Shown: in pieces, positions 17,506 to 26,326 of the stretch
Layout: each line of letters starts with the position of its first letter
Numbering within the stretch: position 1 is the first letter of the stretch
Assembly: GCA_035483075.1 (NCBI GenBank)
Contig: DATHQG010000280.1
Coordinates: 317-64,316, forward strand
DNA from: Edaphobacter sp.
Lineage (GTDB): Bacteria; Acidobacteriota; Terriglobia; Terriglobales; Acidobacteriaceae
Length of the DNA: 64,000 bases
Direction of reading: 5' to 3'
Program-made: the position numbers and the translations under genes
The notes under the pieces: model-generated
The model's database searches: none
Told to the model about the DNA's origin: nothing
Seen by the model: only the letters and a program-made list of their open reading frames with translations

Positions 17506-20064
17506 TTAGTGGTCGGTGAGGGCCTGCTGGGGGAGGATGGGGAGGGTGACGGAGTTGGCTGGGGTAGGGTCGTCGCGGAGGCGGAGGTAGAAGCCCGTCT
17601 TGGCGGGGCGGGGGAGCGAGAGGGTCGTGCCTACGAAGCCTTCGGGGACTGTGGTGGGGGTCGTGAAGTCGGAGTCGGTGGCGATGGAGTCCACGAGGTA
17701 GAGGCTGGAGCCTGAGACGGTGCAAGGTTGGGTGGCGTCAGGGGGGCAGTGGAGGTCCTTGAAGGTGGGGAGGCGAACCAAGTTGACCAGAGGCAGCCAG
17801 TCGCCGGTGGTGCCGTCAGGGGAGACGGGGCGGAGGCGCAGAGGGCCGAAGGCTGAGTTGCCGAAGGCCTTGAGCGGGTCGAGTGTGGCGAGGAGGGTGT
17901 GGGGGTTTTGGAGGACGAGGCTGCCGGAGGCGACGGAGAGTGTGGTGCGGAGGGTCTCGTCGGCGTTGGCGATCTCAAGCTGACCTGTACGTGGGAACGG
18001 GGCGGCGGACTTGAGCGAGAAGGTGAGTTGCTGGGTGACGGGAAGGTCGTCCGGGTCGGCGAGATGGATCGGGGTGCTGGTCGATGGATCGATGCTCTTG
18101 CTGAGAAGCTTGACGGAGGGACGGGCAGGCGCGACGGTGACGGGGAGGGTGAGGGTGCGGCCGTCTTTGAGTGAGAAGCTGGCGGTGAGGCGCTCGCCAA
18201 CGCGCAGCTTGGGGGCCTGGCTATTGGGCGGAAGAGTGAGGCGGAGGTTGGTGTCGGTGTTGGAGGGTGCGGACGTGGGTGAGGCGGTGTCCTGGTTGGA
18301 AGGTGTGCTGGGCAGCGCGGGAGTAAAGGTGAGGTCGTTGATGGTGAGCTGTTGGACCTGATCGAGGCTAGTGCCGGTGAGGTCGGCCGTGGTGTCTCCG
18401 GCGTGAAATTCGAGGGCCTTGAGTGAGGCGGGTTCGGAGTAGGTCTTGGTGGTGATGATGTCGGCGTGGCCATCGCCGAATTGCTGGATGGTGAGATGGA
18501 AGGCACCGGGGTCGAGGGATTTCAGTGACGCGGATATGTCGACGACGGCGGGTCCCTGGGCGGACTTCCACTGGGTGTCGACCTGTTTACCAGTGGCGGT
18601 GTCGAGGGAGATTTTTTCGATGCAGGCAGTGCCGGTGGAGCTGAGGGTGAGATGATTTTCGCGGCCCGCGATGAGAACGTCGCCGTCGGCCAGCTTCCAG
18701 TCTTTGCCGGGTGTGTCCTGCAAGTCAAGGGTCGGCCCTTTGAATGGGTCGAAGCCCCAGAAGCCAGAGATGGTGCCGGTTATGGTGTTGGTGGTTGCGG
18801 GTCTGGCAGCAGAGGTAACAGCTTCGGCGGTGTTGGCTGTCGCTGGAGATGCGCTGGCGTCAGCATCAAGCGGGAGGGGTTTGCGTGCGGGAAGTTTGGC
18901 AAGGACGAGGCCGCCACGAAATGCGTCGGGGGTGACGGGAATGTCTGTGGTAGCGCCCGGGCCGTCGAGGTGGAGGACGAGGTCGTGGGCGAAGGCGGTG
19001 GAGAAGACCAGAGGGGCGCCGTCGACTGCGAGTACGACCGAGGGTTTGAGGAGGCAGGTGATGTCTTTGGGGTCGGCTGGCTGAAGCGGCGGCGGGACTG
19101 CCGCTTGGATGGAGGGCAGACCGATGACGATGACGGACTTGGGGTCGTTGAAGGAGGGTGGGGTGTTGAGGCGGAGGTTGAGACTCTCGTTTTCGGGGAA
19201 GGCGATGGCGGGAATGTACTGGTACTTGGCGGTGTGGAGGCCGCTCATGATGCGGACCAGGTCGACGATGGCACCGACGTAGGCGCTGTAGAGTCCGGCC
19301 CCGGCCATTTGGGTGTAGCTGGCCTGGTTGATGAAGTCGGAGTTGGTTCCGCTGCTGAGCATGGCGACGACTGTTTGTCCGTGGCCGTCGTCGAGGAGGG
19401 TCTGGTTGCCGGCCTGGGTGAGGCAGTCGGCCTGGGCGTCGGCGGGACGCTTGAAGCAGTCGCCGTTGGGCTTGAGGTTGAGGGTGCGGGCGAGGAAGTC
19501 GGAGTGTTCGGCGAGCGCTTTGGGATCGTTGGGCGGAACGCGGCGAATGGCGGCGAGGTAGGTCTCGATGCGGCCCTGTTCGAAGCCGGCTTCGATGAGG
19601 TCCTGCGAGGCGCGGACGAAGACGCCGGGGCGGCCGCGGACTGCGGAGCGGAGGGTGCTGAAGTCGCCGCCGGTTTCAGGAGCGAGAAAGAGGATTACCT
19701 GCTGGGCCTCGTCGGGGACGGTGATGGTGACGCCCTCTTCGCGGACCTTTTTGTTCCAGGTCTGGATGCTGAAGAACCAGTTGTCGGGGGGAGGGTTGGT
19801 GGTGCCGCGGAGGAAGGCGGCTACGAGAAGGTAGTGGACGGATTGCGTGGGGGGAAGGTTGGGGTGCAGCCAGATCTTGTCGCCGGGCTGGAGGTTGGGG
19901 ACCTGGGCGATGGGGAGGGTCCTGCCGGCGCGGGTGACGTGAACGTCGATTTTGGGACCGGCGAGGTCGAAGCGCGCGGGGTCGGCGTGGAGGGTCGAGC
20001 AGAGGAGCAGGAGGGCAGAGAGAGTTGCACTGAGGCGCGATCTGCCGGGGACTTTTGCCATCAT
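17506..20064 (-). CDS. Large exported hypothetical protein (852 aa)
   Basis: Signal peptide (LLLLCSTLHA-D); long ORF with C-ending codon bias like neighbouring minus-strand genes; no recognised catalytic motif. Confidence 0.8.
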   Translation of the reverse strand: MMAKVPGRSRLSATLSALLLLCSTLHADPARFDLAGPKIDVHVTRAGRTLPIAQVPNLQPGDKIWLHPNLPPTQSVHYLLVAAFLRGTTNPPPDNWFFSIQTWNKKVREEGVTITVPDEAQQVILFLAPETGGDFSTLRSAVRGRPGVFVRASQDLIEAGFEQGRIETYLAAIRRVPPNDPKALAEHSDFLARTLNLKPNGDCFKRPADAQADCLTQAGNQTLLDDGHGQTVVAMLSSGTNSDFINQASYTQMAGAGLYSAYVGAIVDLVRIMSGLHTAKYQYIPAIAFPENESLNLRLNTPPSFNDPKSVIVIGLPSIQAAVPPPLQPADPKDITCLLKPSVVLAVDGAPLVFSTAFAHDLVLHLDGPGATTDIPVTPDAFRGGLVLAKLPARKPLPLDADASASPATANTAEAVTSAARPATTNTITGTISGFWGFDPFKGPTLDLQDTPGKDWKLADGDVLIAGRENHLTLSSTGTACIEKISLDTATGKQVDTQWKSAQGPAVVDISASLKSLDPGAFHLTIQQFGDGHADIITTKTYSEPASLKALEFHAGDTTADLTGTSLDQVQQLTINDLTFTPALPSTPSNQDTASPTSAPSNTDTNLRLTLPPNSQAPKLRVGERLTASFSLKDGRTLTLPVTVAPARPSVKLLSKSIDPSTSTPIHLADPDDLPVTQQLTFSLKSAAPFPRTGQLEIANADETLRTTLSVASGSLVLQNPHTLLATLDPLKAFGNSAFGPLRLRPVSPDGTTGDWLPLVNLVRLPTFKDLHCPPDATQPCTVSGSSLYLVDSIATDSDFTTPTTVPEGFVGTTLSLPRPAKTGFYLRLRDDPTPANSVTLPILPQQALTDH

Positions 20065-20124
20065 TCCATTTTAGACGGCGAAGGGACAGCTTCGGATGTC
20101 GGGCCTGGACGGGTGAATGTTTTG

Positions 20125-20889
20125 TTACTTTTGGCTGCGGATGCGGGACGAGGGATGGTCGCTGGCGATTACGCCGTCGCGGATGGTGACGACGCGGTGG
20201 GCGTACTCTGCGATGTCGGGCTCGTGGGTGACGACGATGATGGTGTTGCCGTTGGCGTGAAGATCGTCGAAGAGGGCCATGATCTCGTCGCCGGTTTTGG
20301 AGTCGAGGTTTCCGGTGGGTTCGTCGGCGAGGATGATGGAGGGCTTGTTGACAAGGGCGCGGGCGATGGCGACGCGCTGACGCTGGCCGCCGGAGAGCTC
20401 ATTGGGCTTGTGCATCATGCGAGCGCCGAGGTCGACGGACTCGAGGACTGCCTTGGCGCGGGCCGTGCGCTCGACGGCGGGAGTACCGTTGTAGATGAGG
20501 GGCAGCTCGACGTTGTGGAGCGCGGTGGCACGGGCGAGGAGGTTGAAGGTCTGGAAGACGAAGCCAATCTCCTTGTTGCGGATGCGGGCGAGCTCGTCAT
20601 CGTTGAGCTCGGAGACGTCGTGGCCGTTTAGCCAGTAGCGGCCTTGCGATGGAGAGTCGAGGCAGCCGATGAGGTTCATGAGGGTCGACTTGCCGGAGCC
20701 GGAGGGCCCCATGATGGCGACGTACTCGTTGTGTCGAATGCGGAGGTTGACGCCGCGCAGAGCGTGAACCTGCTGATCCCCCATCTCGTAGGTCTTCCAG
20801 AGATTCTCGGTGACGATGACGTCTCCGGGGTTCGGTCCGGCGGAGGAGGTGGTTGTGATCGGGGATTCGACTGCGGTTTCGATAGCCAT
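20125..20889 (-). CDS. ABC transporter ATP-binding protein (MacB/LolD type)
   Basis: [37 protein letters not shown] and VTHE motifs; start at MAIET. Confidence 0.93.
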   Translation of the reverse strand: MAIETAVESPITTTSSAGPNPGDVIVTENLWKTYEMGDQQVHALRGVNLRIRHNEYVAIMGPSGSGKSTLMNLIGCLDSPSQGRYWLNGHDVSELNDDELARIRNKEIGFVFQTFNLLARATALHNVELPLIYNGTPAVERTARAKAVLESVDLGARMMHKPNELSGGQRQRVAIARALVNKPSIILADEPTGNLDSKTGDEIMALFDDLHANGNTIIVVTHEPDIAEYAHRVVTIRDGVIASDHPSSRIRSQK

Positions 20890-20924
20890 CCGGGTCTCCG
20901 GTTGTGTTGCCTGTTTGAGGATAG

Positions 20925-20950
20925 TACGTTTTGGCCGAGAAGATGGTTCC
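20925..20950 (-). promoter_or_regulatory. Putative ECF-sigma promoter GGAAC-N17-CGTA
   Basis: Plus strand TACG 20925-20928 and GTTCC 20946-20950; identical spacing at 22485-22510. Confidence 0.6.
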
Positions 20951-21002
20951 ATGAGGGTTAATGAACCATCTACCGGCAAACGGTGCTCCCCCTGGGCTAT
21001 AG

Positions 21003-22412
21003 TTACGACTTCTCGTCGGGGTTCGATTCGACGGCGTTGTCTACTTTGACGGGCGTGCCACTCTTAAGGGCGCGCAAAATTCGATAGCGGCCGGTGACGA
21101 TCTGGTCACCTTCCTTGAGGCCGCCGAGGACCTCGATGTCGGTGGCACCGGTGACGCCGGTAGTTACGGGAACGAATTCGACGCGGAGCTTCTTGTGATC
21201 GGTCCTGACCACGTAGACTCCCTGGACGAGCTGGGACTTGGTGGCAGCGCCGGCGGGCGTAGCTGCGACACCTGCTGCGGGCTTGCCTGCGTTTGCGGCG
21301 AGGACCTTTTCTGCCGCGACGTCACGCTGGACGAGTGCCTGGATGGGGATGGTGAGGGCGTTGGGTCTGCGGGCGGTGGTGATCTTGGCCGTGGTGGAGA
21401 GGCCGGGACGGAGCTCGTCCAAATTTATGCCGGGAGTTGGGTCGAGGGTGACGACGACCTTGAAGTCCTTGGCCTCCTCGGTGCCCGTGGTGCTTTGGCT
21501 GGTGGCGATGCCGGTGGTGCGGAGGAGGGCCTGGTCGCCGACCTCGGTGACGTGGCCTTTGAAGATGCGGCCGGGAAGGGCATCGACGGTGACTTCGGCA
21601 ATCTGGTTGAGGGAGACGTTGACGATGTCGGTCTCGTCGACCTTGACCTCGGCGGTGATGACGGACATGTCGGCGAGGGTCATGAGGGTGGAACCTTCGG
21701 CGTTTTGAATGCCAAGGACGACGGTCTCGCCTTCGCGGACGGGGACGTTGGTGACGAGGCCGTCAAAGGGGGCGCGGCTGATGGTCTTGTCGAGTGCGTC
21801 GTAGTTGGCGCGCTGGCTGGCGACGGCCTGGTTGGAGTGGCCGCGCTGAGAGTCTGTCTGGGCGCGGGCCTGCGCAAGAGCGGCCTGGCGCTGGGCGAGG
21901 GTAGCGACGGCCATGTCGTAGGCGGCCTTTTTTGCGTCAAAGTCCTGTTTGGCGATCAGCTTGTTGTCGAAGAGGGCCTGGGCCCGGCTGTAATCGAGCT
22001 TCTTTTGCTCGAGATCTGCCTGGCCCTGGGCGATGTTGGCTTCTGCGGTCTTTTCGGCGGCGATGAAGCTGGTGATGTCGGTGCGGGACGCGGCGATGGT
22101 GGCGTCCTGGGCGGCGACTGTGGCCTCGGGTTGGACGCTCTCGACCTTTGCCAGAACGGTGCCGGCCTTAACGCGGTCACCCTCCTTGACGTAGAGGTGG
22201 GTGATGCGCCCGAAGGCGGTCGCGCCGATATTGACGTAGGTCTTCGGCTTGATCTGGCCGGTGCCGTTGACGATGGAGGTCAGGTCTTGGCGGACGACCT
22301 TACCTGTGGCGACCTTGGTGACGTTGGCCTGGCCGTGGAGAATGCTGGCGACGACGATGCCTGCAAGGACCAGGACTACCGCGACGATCACAATAATCTT
22401 TTTAGCGCTCAT
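21003..22412 (-). CDS. Periplasmic adaptor (MacA/HlyD-like membrane fusion protein)
   Basis: N-terminal TM anchor, VKEGDRV and APFDG lipoyl halves, coiled coil, VDETDI and LRPGLS. Confidence 0.9.
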   Translation of the reverse strand: MSAKKIIVIVAVVLVLAGIVVASILHGQANVTKVATGKVVRQDLTSIVNGTGQIKPKTYVNIGATAFGRITHLYVKEGDRVKAGTVLAKVESVQPEATVAAQDATIAASRTDITSFIAAEKTAEANIAQGQADLEQKKLDYSRAQALFDNKLIAKQDFDAKKAAYDMAVATLAQRQAALAQARAQTDSQRGHSNQAVASQRANYDALDKTISRAPFDGLVTNVPVREGETVVLGIQNAEGSTLMTLADMSVITAEVKVDETDIVNVSLNQIAEVTVDALPGRIFKGHVTEVGDQALLRTTGIATSQSTTGTEEAKDFKVVVTLDPTPGINLDELRPGLSTTAKITTARRPNALTIPIQALVQRDVAAEKVLAANAGKPAAGVAATPAGAATKSQLVQGVYVVRTDHKKLRVEFVPVTTGVTGATDIEVLGGLKEGDQIVTGRYRILRALKSGTPVKVDNAVESNPDEKS

Positions 22413-22484
22413 TGCTGCTTTCTATAGCCCCCCGGAGAAGCTCGGAGGTGCAATTGGAGAAGTTGACGCCTGTCAAAGAGACAA

Positions 22485-22510
22485 TACGGAGACGAGCGAG
22501 CTTGCGTTCC
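22485..22510 (-). promoter_or_regulatory. Putative ECF-sigma promoter GGAAC-N17-CGTA
   Basis: Plus strand TACG 22485-22488 and GTTCC 22506-22510; TTGAC-N4-GTCAA palindrome at 22463-22476 just downstream. Confidence 0.6.
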
Positions 22511-22706
22511 GTATTCCTTCCAGAAACTGGACTTAGCTTCGCCGGAGGAAGATTGGGCCGAGGTCCGTAACTCTTCTTTGGGCGAGATTTGGGGGTTCTT
22601 TACGAATACAAATGATGATATCAGGGCCGCCCGTACGTCTACCTCTTGTAACAGGGATATAACCGCACTACAATACAGGTTGGTTACAGGAGCACACCCC
22701 CCTACT

Positions 22707-24446
22707 ATGATGAGTCCACGGCGCTTGGTATCCGGCACGGCCCTATGCTTCCTTTTTTTGATGGGAGTGCGGGTGCTGGCTGCACAGGAGACGTCCGGCA
22801 CGGCCGCGCAGACCGATGGCGTGACGAAGGGGCCTGTGACTGTCGAGAAGCCTGATCCTTTGAAGCGTCCCTTGAGCGACCAGGAGAAGAGGGACCAGCA
22901 GAAGGCGTTGAAGCAAGAGTTGAAGGGCGTGTACAAGAAGTGGGTCGATGAGGACGTCCGGTGGATCATCACGGACCAGGAGATGCAGGCTTTCAAGAGC
23001 CTGAGCAACGACGAAGAGCGCGACCAGTTTATCGAAAATTTCTGGTTGCGGCGCAATCCGAATCCGGACTCTCCTGAGAACGAATTCCGCGAGGAACACT
23101 ACGCGCGCATTGCGTATGCGAACGAGCATTTCGCGGCGGGCAAGCCGGGCTGGAGAACGGACCGCGGCCACATCTATATTGCATTTGGCAAGCCGGACAG
23201 TATCGACTCGCATCCAAGCGGCGGCAGCTATGAACGGCCGATGGAAGAGGGCGGTGGCAATACTTCCACCTTCCCGTTCGAGATTTGGCATTACCGGTAC
23301 CTTGAGGGGATCGGCGACAACATCGACATTGAGTTTGTCGATACGTGCATGTGCGGCGACTACCACATGACGATCGACCGCTCAGAAAAAGATGCGCTGA
23401 AGCATACTCCCGGAGCCGGGCAGACACTGTACGAACAGATGGGCCAGTCGAAACAGGCGGACCGTTTTTCGGGAGGTGGACTGGAGCAGCTTGGTGCGGG
23501 GCCGCTGTCGGCGCAGAACCAGAGCAAGCAGTTCGACCGGCTCGATCAGTTTGCGAAGCTGCAGGCCCCCCCGGTGATCAGGTTCAAGGACATGGAAGCG
23601 TTCATGACCACTTCGAAGATCCTGACGGGGCCGCCATTCTTGTTTGACGTTCGCACTGACTACGTCAAAGTGACAAACGACACTATCCTGGTGCCTGTGA
23701 CCCTGCAGATCAAGAACGGCGACATCACGTTCAACACTAAAGACGGTGTTGCGTTGGGGACGGTGAATATCCTAGGGCGAGTGTCGAACCTGAACCACAA
23801 GCCGGTGCAGACCTTCGAAGACACGGTCACAGTGCAGGTGCCCAGTGAGCTGCTTGCACGCAAGCGAACTGATTTGTCGGTGTATTGGAAGTCTTTGCCG
23901 CTTCGGCCTGGTTTGTACAAGATCGACATCGTGATCAAAGACGTCAACAATCCGGACCATATCGGCAGGTGGCAGCGGAGCTTGAATGTTCCGAGATATG
24001 ACGACGATCGTCTTGCATCTTCCTCGCTGATTCTGGCGGGACAGATGGAGCGCGTGCCATCAAGGGACATCGGGGCAGGGAACTTCGTTATTGGTGACAC
24101 TCATATTGTTCCGCGAGTGCCGAGCGGCATTGCGGCGCCGGTGACTTTTCATCGGGCGCAGAGTTTGAACTTTTGGATGCAGGTGTATAACCTTGGTATC
24201 GACGAAAAGAGTAAACAGAACGGCGCGACGATTGAGTACCAGATCCTGGACCTGGCAACGAACCAAGCCGTCCTGCAAACACAGGAGCTGACGGCGAAGA
24301 CGAATCCGAATGCGGACCAGGTCACGATTGAGAAGAGCTTGCCACTGGCAAGCCTGCAACCTGGCAAGTATCAGATCAACATCAAAGTGAATGACGGAAT
24401 AACGAAGCAGCAGATCGCAGAATCTGCGCCGTTCATCGTGGATTAG
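22707..24446 (+). CDS. GWxTD domain-containing protein
   Basis: Signal peptide; FIENFWLRRNP, RIAYANEHF and GKPGWRTDRGHIYI motifs. Confidence 0.9.
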   Translation: MMSPRRLVSGTALCFLFLMGVRVLAAQETSGTAAQTDGVTKGPVTVEKPDPLKRPLSDQEKRDQQKALKQELKGVYKKWVDEDVRWIITDQEMQAFKSLSNDEERDQFIENFWLRRNPNPDSPENEFREEHYARIAYANEHFAAGKPGWRTDRGHIYIAFGKPDSIDSHPSGGSYERPMEEGGGNTSTFPFEIWHYRYLEGIGDNIDIEFVDTCMCGDYHMTIDRSEKDALKHTPGAGQTLYEQMGQSKQADRFSGGGLEQLGAGPLSAQNQSKQFDRLDQFAKLQAPPVIRFKDMEAFMTTSKILTGPPFLFDVRTDYVKVTNDTILVPVTLQIKNGDITFNTKDGVALGTVNILGRVSNLNHKPVQTFEDTVTVQVPSELLARKRTDLSVYWKSLPLRPGLYKIDIVIKDVNNPDHIGRWQRSLNVPRYDDDRLASSSLILAGQMERVPSRDIGAGNFVIGDTHIVPRVPSGIAAPVTFHRAQSLNFWMQVYNLGIDEKSKQNGATIEYQILDLATNQAVLQTQELTAKTNPNADQVTIEKSLPLASLQPGKYQINIKVNDGITKQQIAESAPFIVD

Positions 24447-24588
24447 GCAGGTGCGGATGTAGTACGGCGACATGGTTATGCAGATTTCAATTGGCAATAA
24501 CCGGTCACTGCGCATTCTGTAGAGACGCTCCCTATTTTCTGGGTGCGGAACATTAGCAACGGCCATCGACGCGCAGGACGGCTTTACT

Positions 24589-26316
24589 GTGCAACGACCC
24601 CAGGTGAAGATCGCGTTTGTCTCGTTGATGCTGCTGACCGTGGCCATGCGGATTGCTGCGGGTCAGAGTGCAGCCGTGTCCGGGGTGGTTCGAGATGCGC
24701 AGGGTGTGGCGCAACTGGGCGCTCTGGTGCAGGTGGTTGCGGAGGACTCGACCGTTCTCGGCGCTACGTTTACCGACCTTCATGGACGCTATCTGATCCC
24801 TCGTCTGGCGCCTGGGAGATATGGGGTGAGGGCAAGCGCTGCTTTGTTTGTTCCAGCGCTACGAGACAACCTGCAGCTTCGAGCAGGGGCGCAGGCGGTC
24901 GTCAACCTTACCTTGAATACGCTCTTCGAGTCGGCCACGTGGATCCCGGCAGAGCGCCGCAAGGCAGATGAGCCGAGCGATGACTGGAAGTGGACGATGC
25001 GCTCTGCGGCCAATCGCCCCATCCTGAGGCTGGCTGAAGACGGTGACGTAATTATGGTCTCATCGAGCGTGACGGAAGCAGCGTCCAAGCGCTCCGAGAG
25101 GGCCCGGACCGAGATGACGGCGGGTGATGGCGGGTTCGGCAGCAGTGGGATCCATAACGTTTTTGTCTTCGACCGGACGCTCGATGATGGCGCCGGAGCG
25201 AGACTGCATCTGGACATTGGAAAACAACCCGGACCGACCGCGGTTGGGCCGTCGACAGAGGTCGCCACGGGATTTGAGACGCAGCTAGGCTTTGCCGGTG
25301 CAGGCAGGGCGGTGGTCAGCTATCAATCTCACCCGGAGCTGGTGAGTTCGGGCGGGACGCCGGGACTTGACGCGATGCAGATGTCGACCGCCCAATTGAT
25401 TCGGATTGGGGACTTTGCCGATGTGGAGGCAGGCGGCACTCTTTATGTGGTCCGCACGTCGGGGTACGCCACGGGTTCGCGGCCGTTTGTGAAGATAACG
25501 ACCCATCCGATGAAGGCATGGACGGCCGGGTATCGGATGGCGACGTCGCAGAACCTGCAATCATTTGCGGGGCTTGACTCGGTGCAGCAGGAGCTGCCGA
25601 TTGCCGTGATGTACCAGGGGCGGATGCAGACTGCGCAGGGTCTCCATCAGGAGTTCACTGCGGGCCGCAAGACCGGACCCGGAATGATCGAGGTTTCGTA
25701 TTACCTTGATTCTCTGGATCGGGTTGCGGTGTCGGGCGGCGGTGCGCTAGGTGCCGCAGATATTCAGCGGACCGGCCAAGCTGGCGCGAATGGGATACTT
25801 GCAGACTCAACAACGGGGAATTTTCGGTTTCTCAGTGCGGGATATAAGACCCAGGGCGTGAATGTGACGCTGACGGAGCCGCTGACTCCCAGCATGTGGG
25901 TGGCGGTGGAGTATGCGACGGGTGCCGGTCTGGCCGCGAAGGACGGGGCGCTGATGGAACTTCCCACGATCGGGTCGGACCTTGCACCGCAGGCCGCCCA
26001 GACCGCGACGATCGCCCTGCGGGGAAGGGTGCTCCATAGCGGAACGAGTCTTCGGGCATCCTATCGGTGGCAACCGGCGCGGCTGGTGACGGCGGTCGAT
26101 CCGTATGCTCCGTTTGGCGATCAGGCCTATTTCAGTTGCTATCTGCGGCAGGCGCTGAGGCTGGGGAACCTACTGCCGGCCGGACTTGACGCGACTATCG
26201 ATGTCACCAATCTGCTGGCCCAGGGGTATCGTCCGTTCCTCTCGGCGGATGGTAAGACGCTGTTCCTGGCGGAGGCGCCGCGGACCCTTCAAGCCGGGCT
26301 GGCCTTCACTTTCTAA
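24589..26316 (+). CDS. Carboxypeptidase-regulatory-like domain protein with probable outer-membrane beta-barrel
   Basis: Signal peptide; VSGVVRDAQG...TDLHGRY...LAPGRY N-terminal domain; C-terminal GLAFTF. Confidence 0.78.
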   Translation: MQRPQVKIAFVSLMLLTVAMRIAAGQSAAVSGVVRDAQGVAQLGALVQVVAEDSTVLGATFTDLHGRYLIPRLAPGRYGVRASAALFVPALRDNLQLRAGAQAVVNLTLNTLFESATWIPAERRKADEPSDDWKWTMRSAANRPILRLAEDGDVIMVSSSVTEAASKRSERARTEMTAGDGGFGSSGIHNVFVFDRTLDDGAGARLHLDIGKQPGPTAVGPSTEVATGFETQLGFAGAGRAVVSYQSHPELVSSGGTPGLDAMQMSTAQLIRIGDFADVEAGGTLYVVRTSGYATGSRPFVKITTHPMKAWTAGYRMATSQNLQSFAGLDSVQQELPIAVMYQGRMQTAQGLHQEFTAGRKTGPGMIEVSYYLDSLDRVAVSGGGALGAADIQRTGQAGANGILADSTTGNFRFLSAGYKTQGVNVTLTEPLTPSMWVAVEYATGAGLAAKDGALMELPTIGSDLAPQAAQTATIALRGRVLHSGTSLRASYRWQPARLVTAVDPYAPFGDQAYFSCYLRQALRLGNLLPAGLDATIDVTNLLAQGYRPFLSADGKTLFLAEAPRTLQAGLAFTF

Positions 26317-26326
26317 ATAAATTCTT

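Noticed and set aside
18652-22427. Long plus-strand ORFs (659 aa and 410 aa) and similar antisense ORFs such as 15483-17123
   Set aside because: They are shadow frames opposite well-supported genes in GC-rich DNA and carry no motifs.
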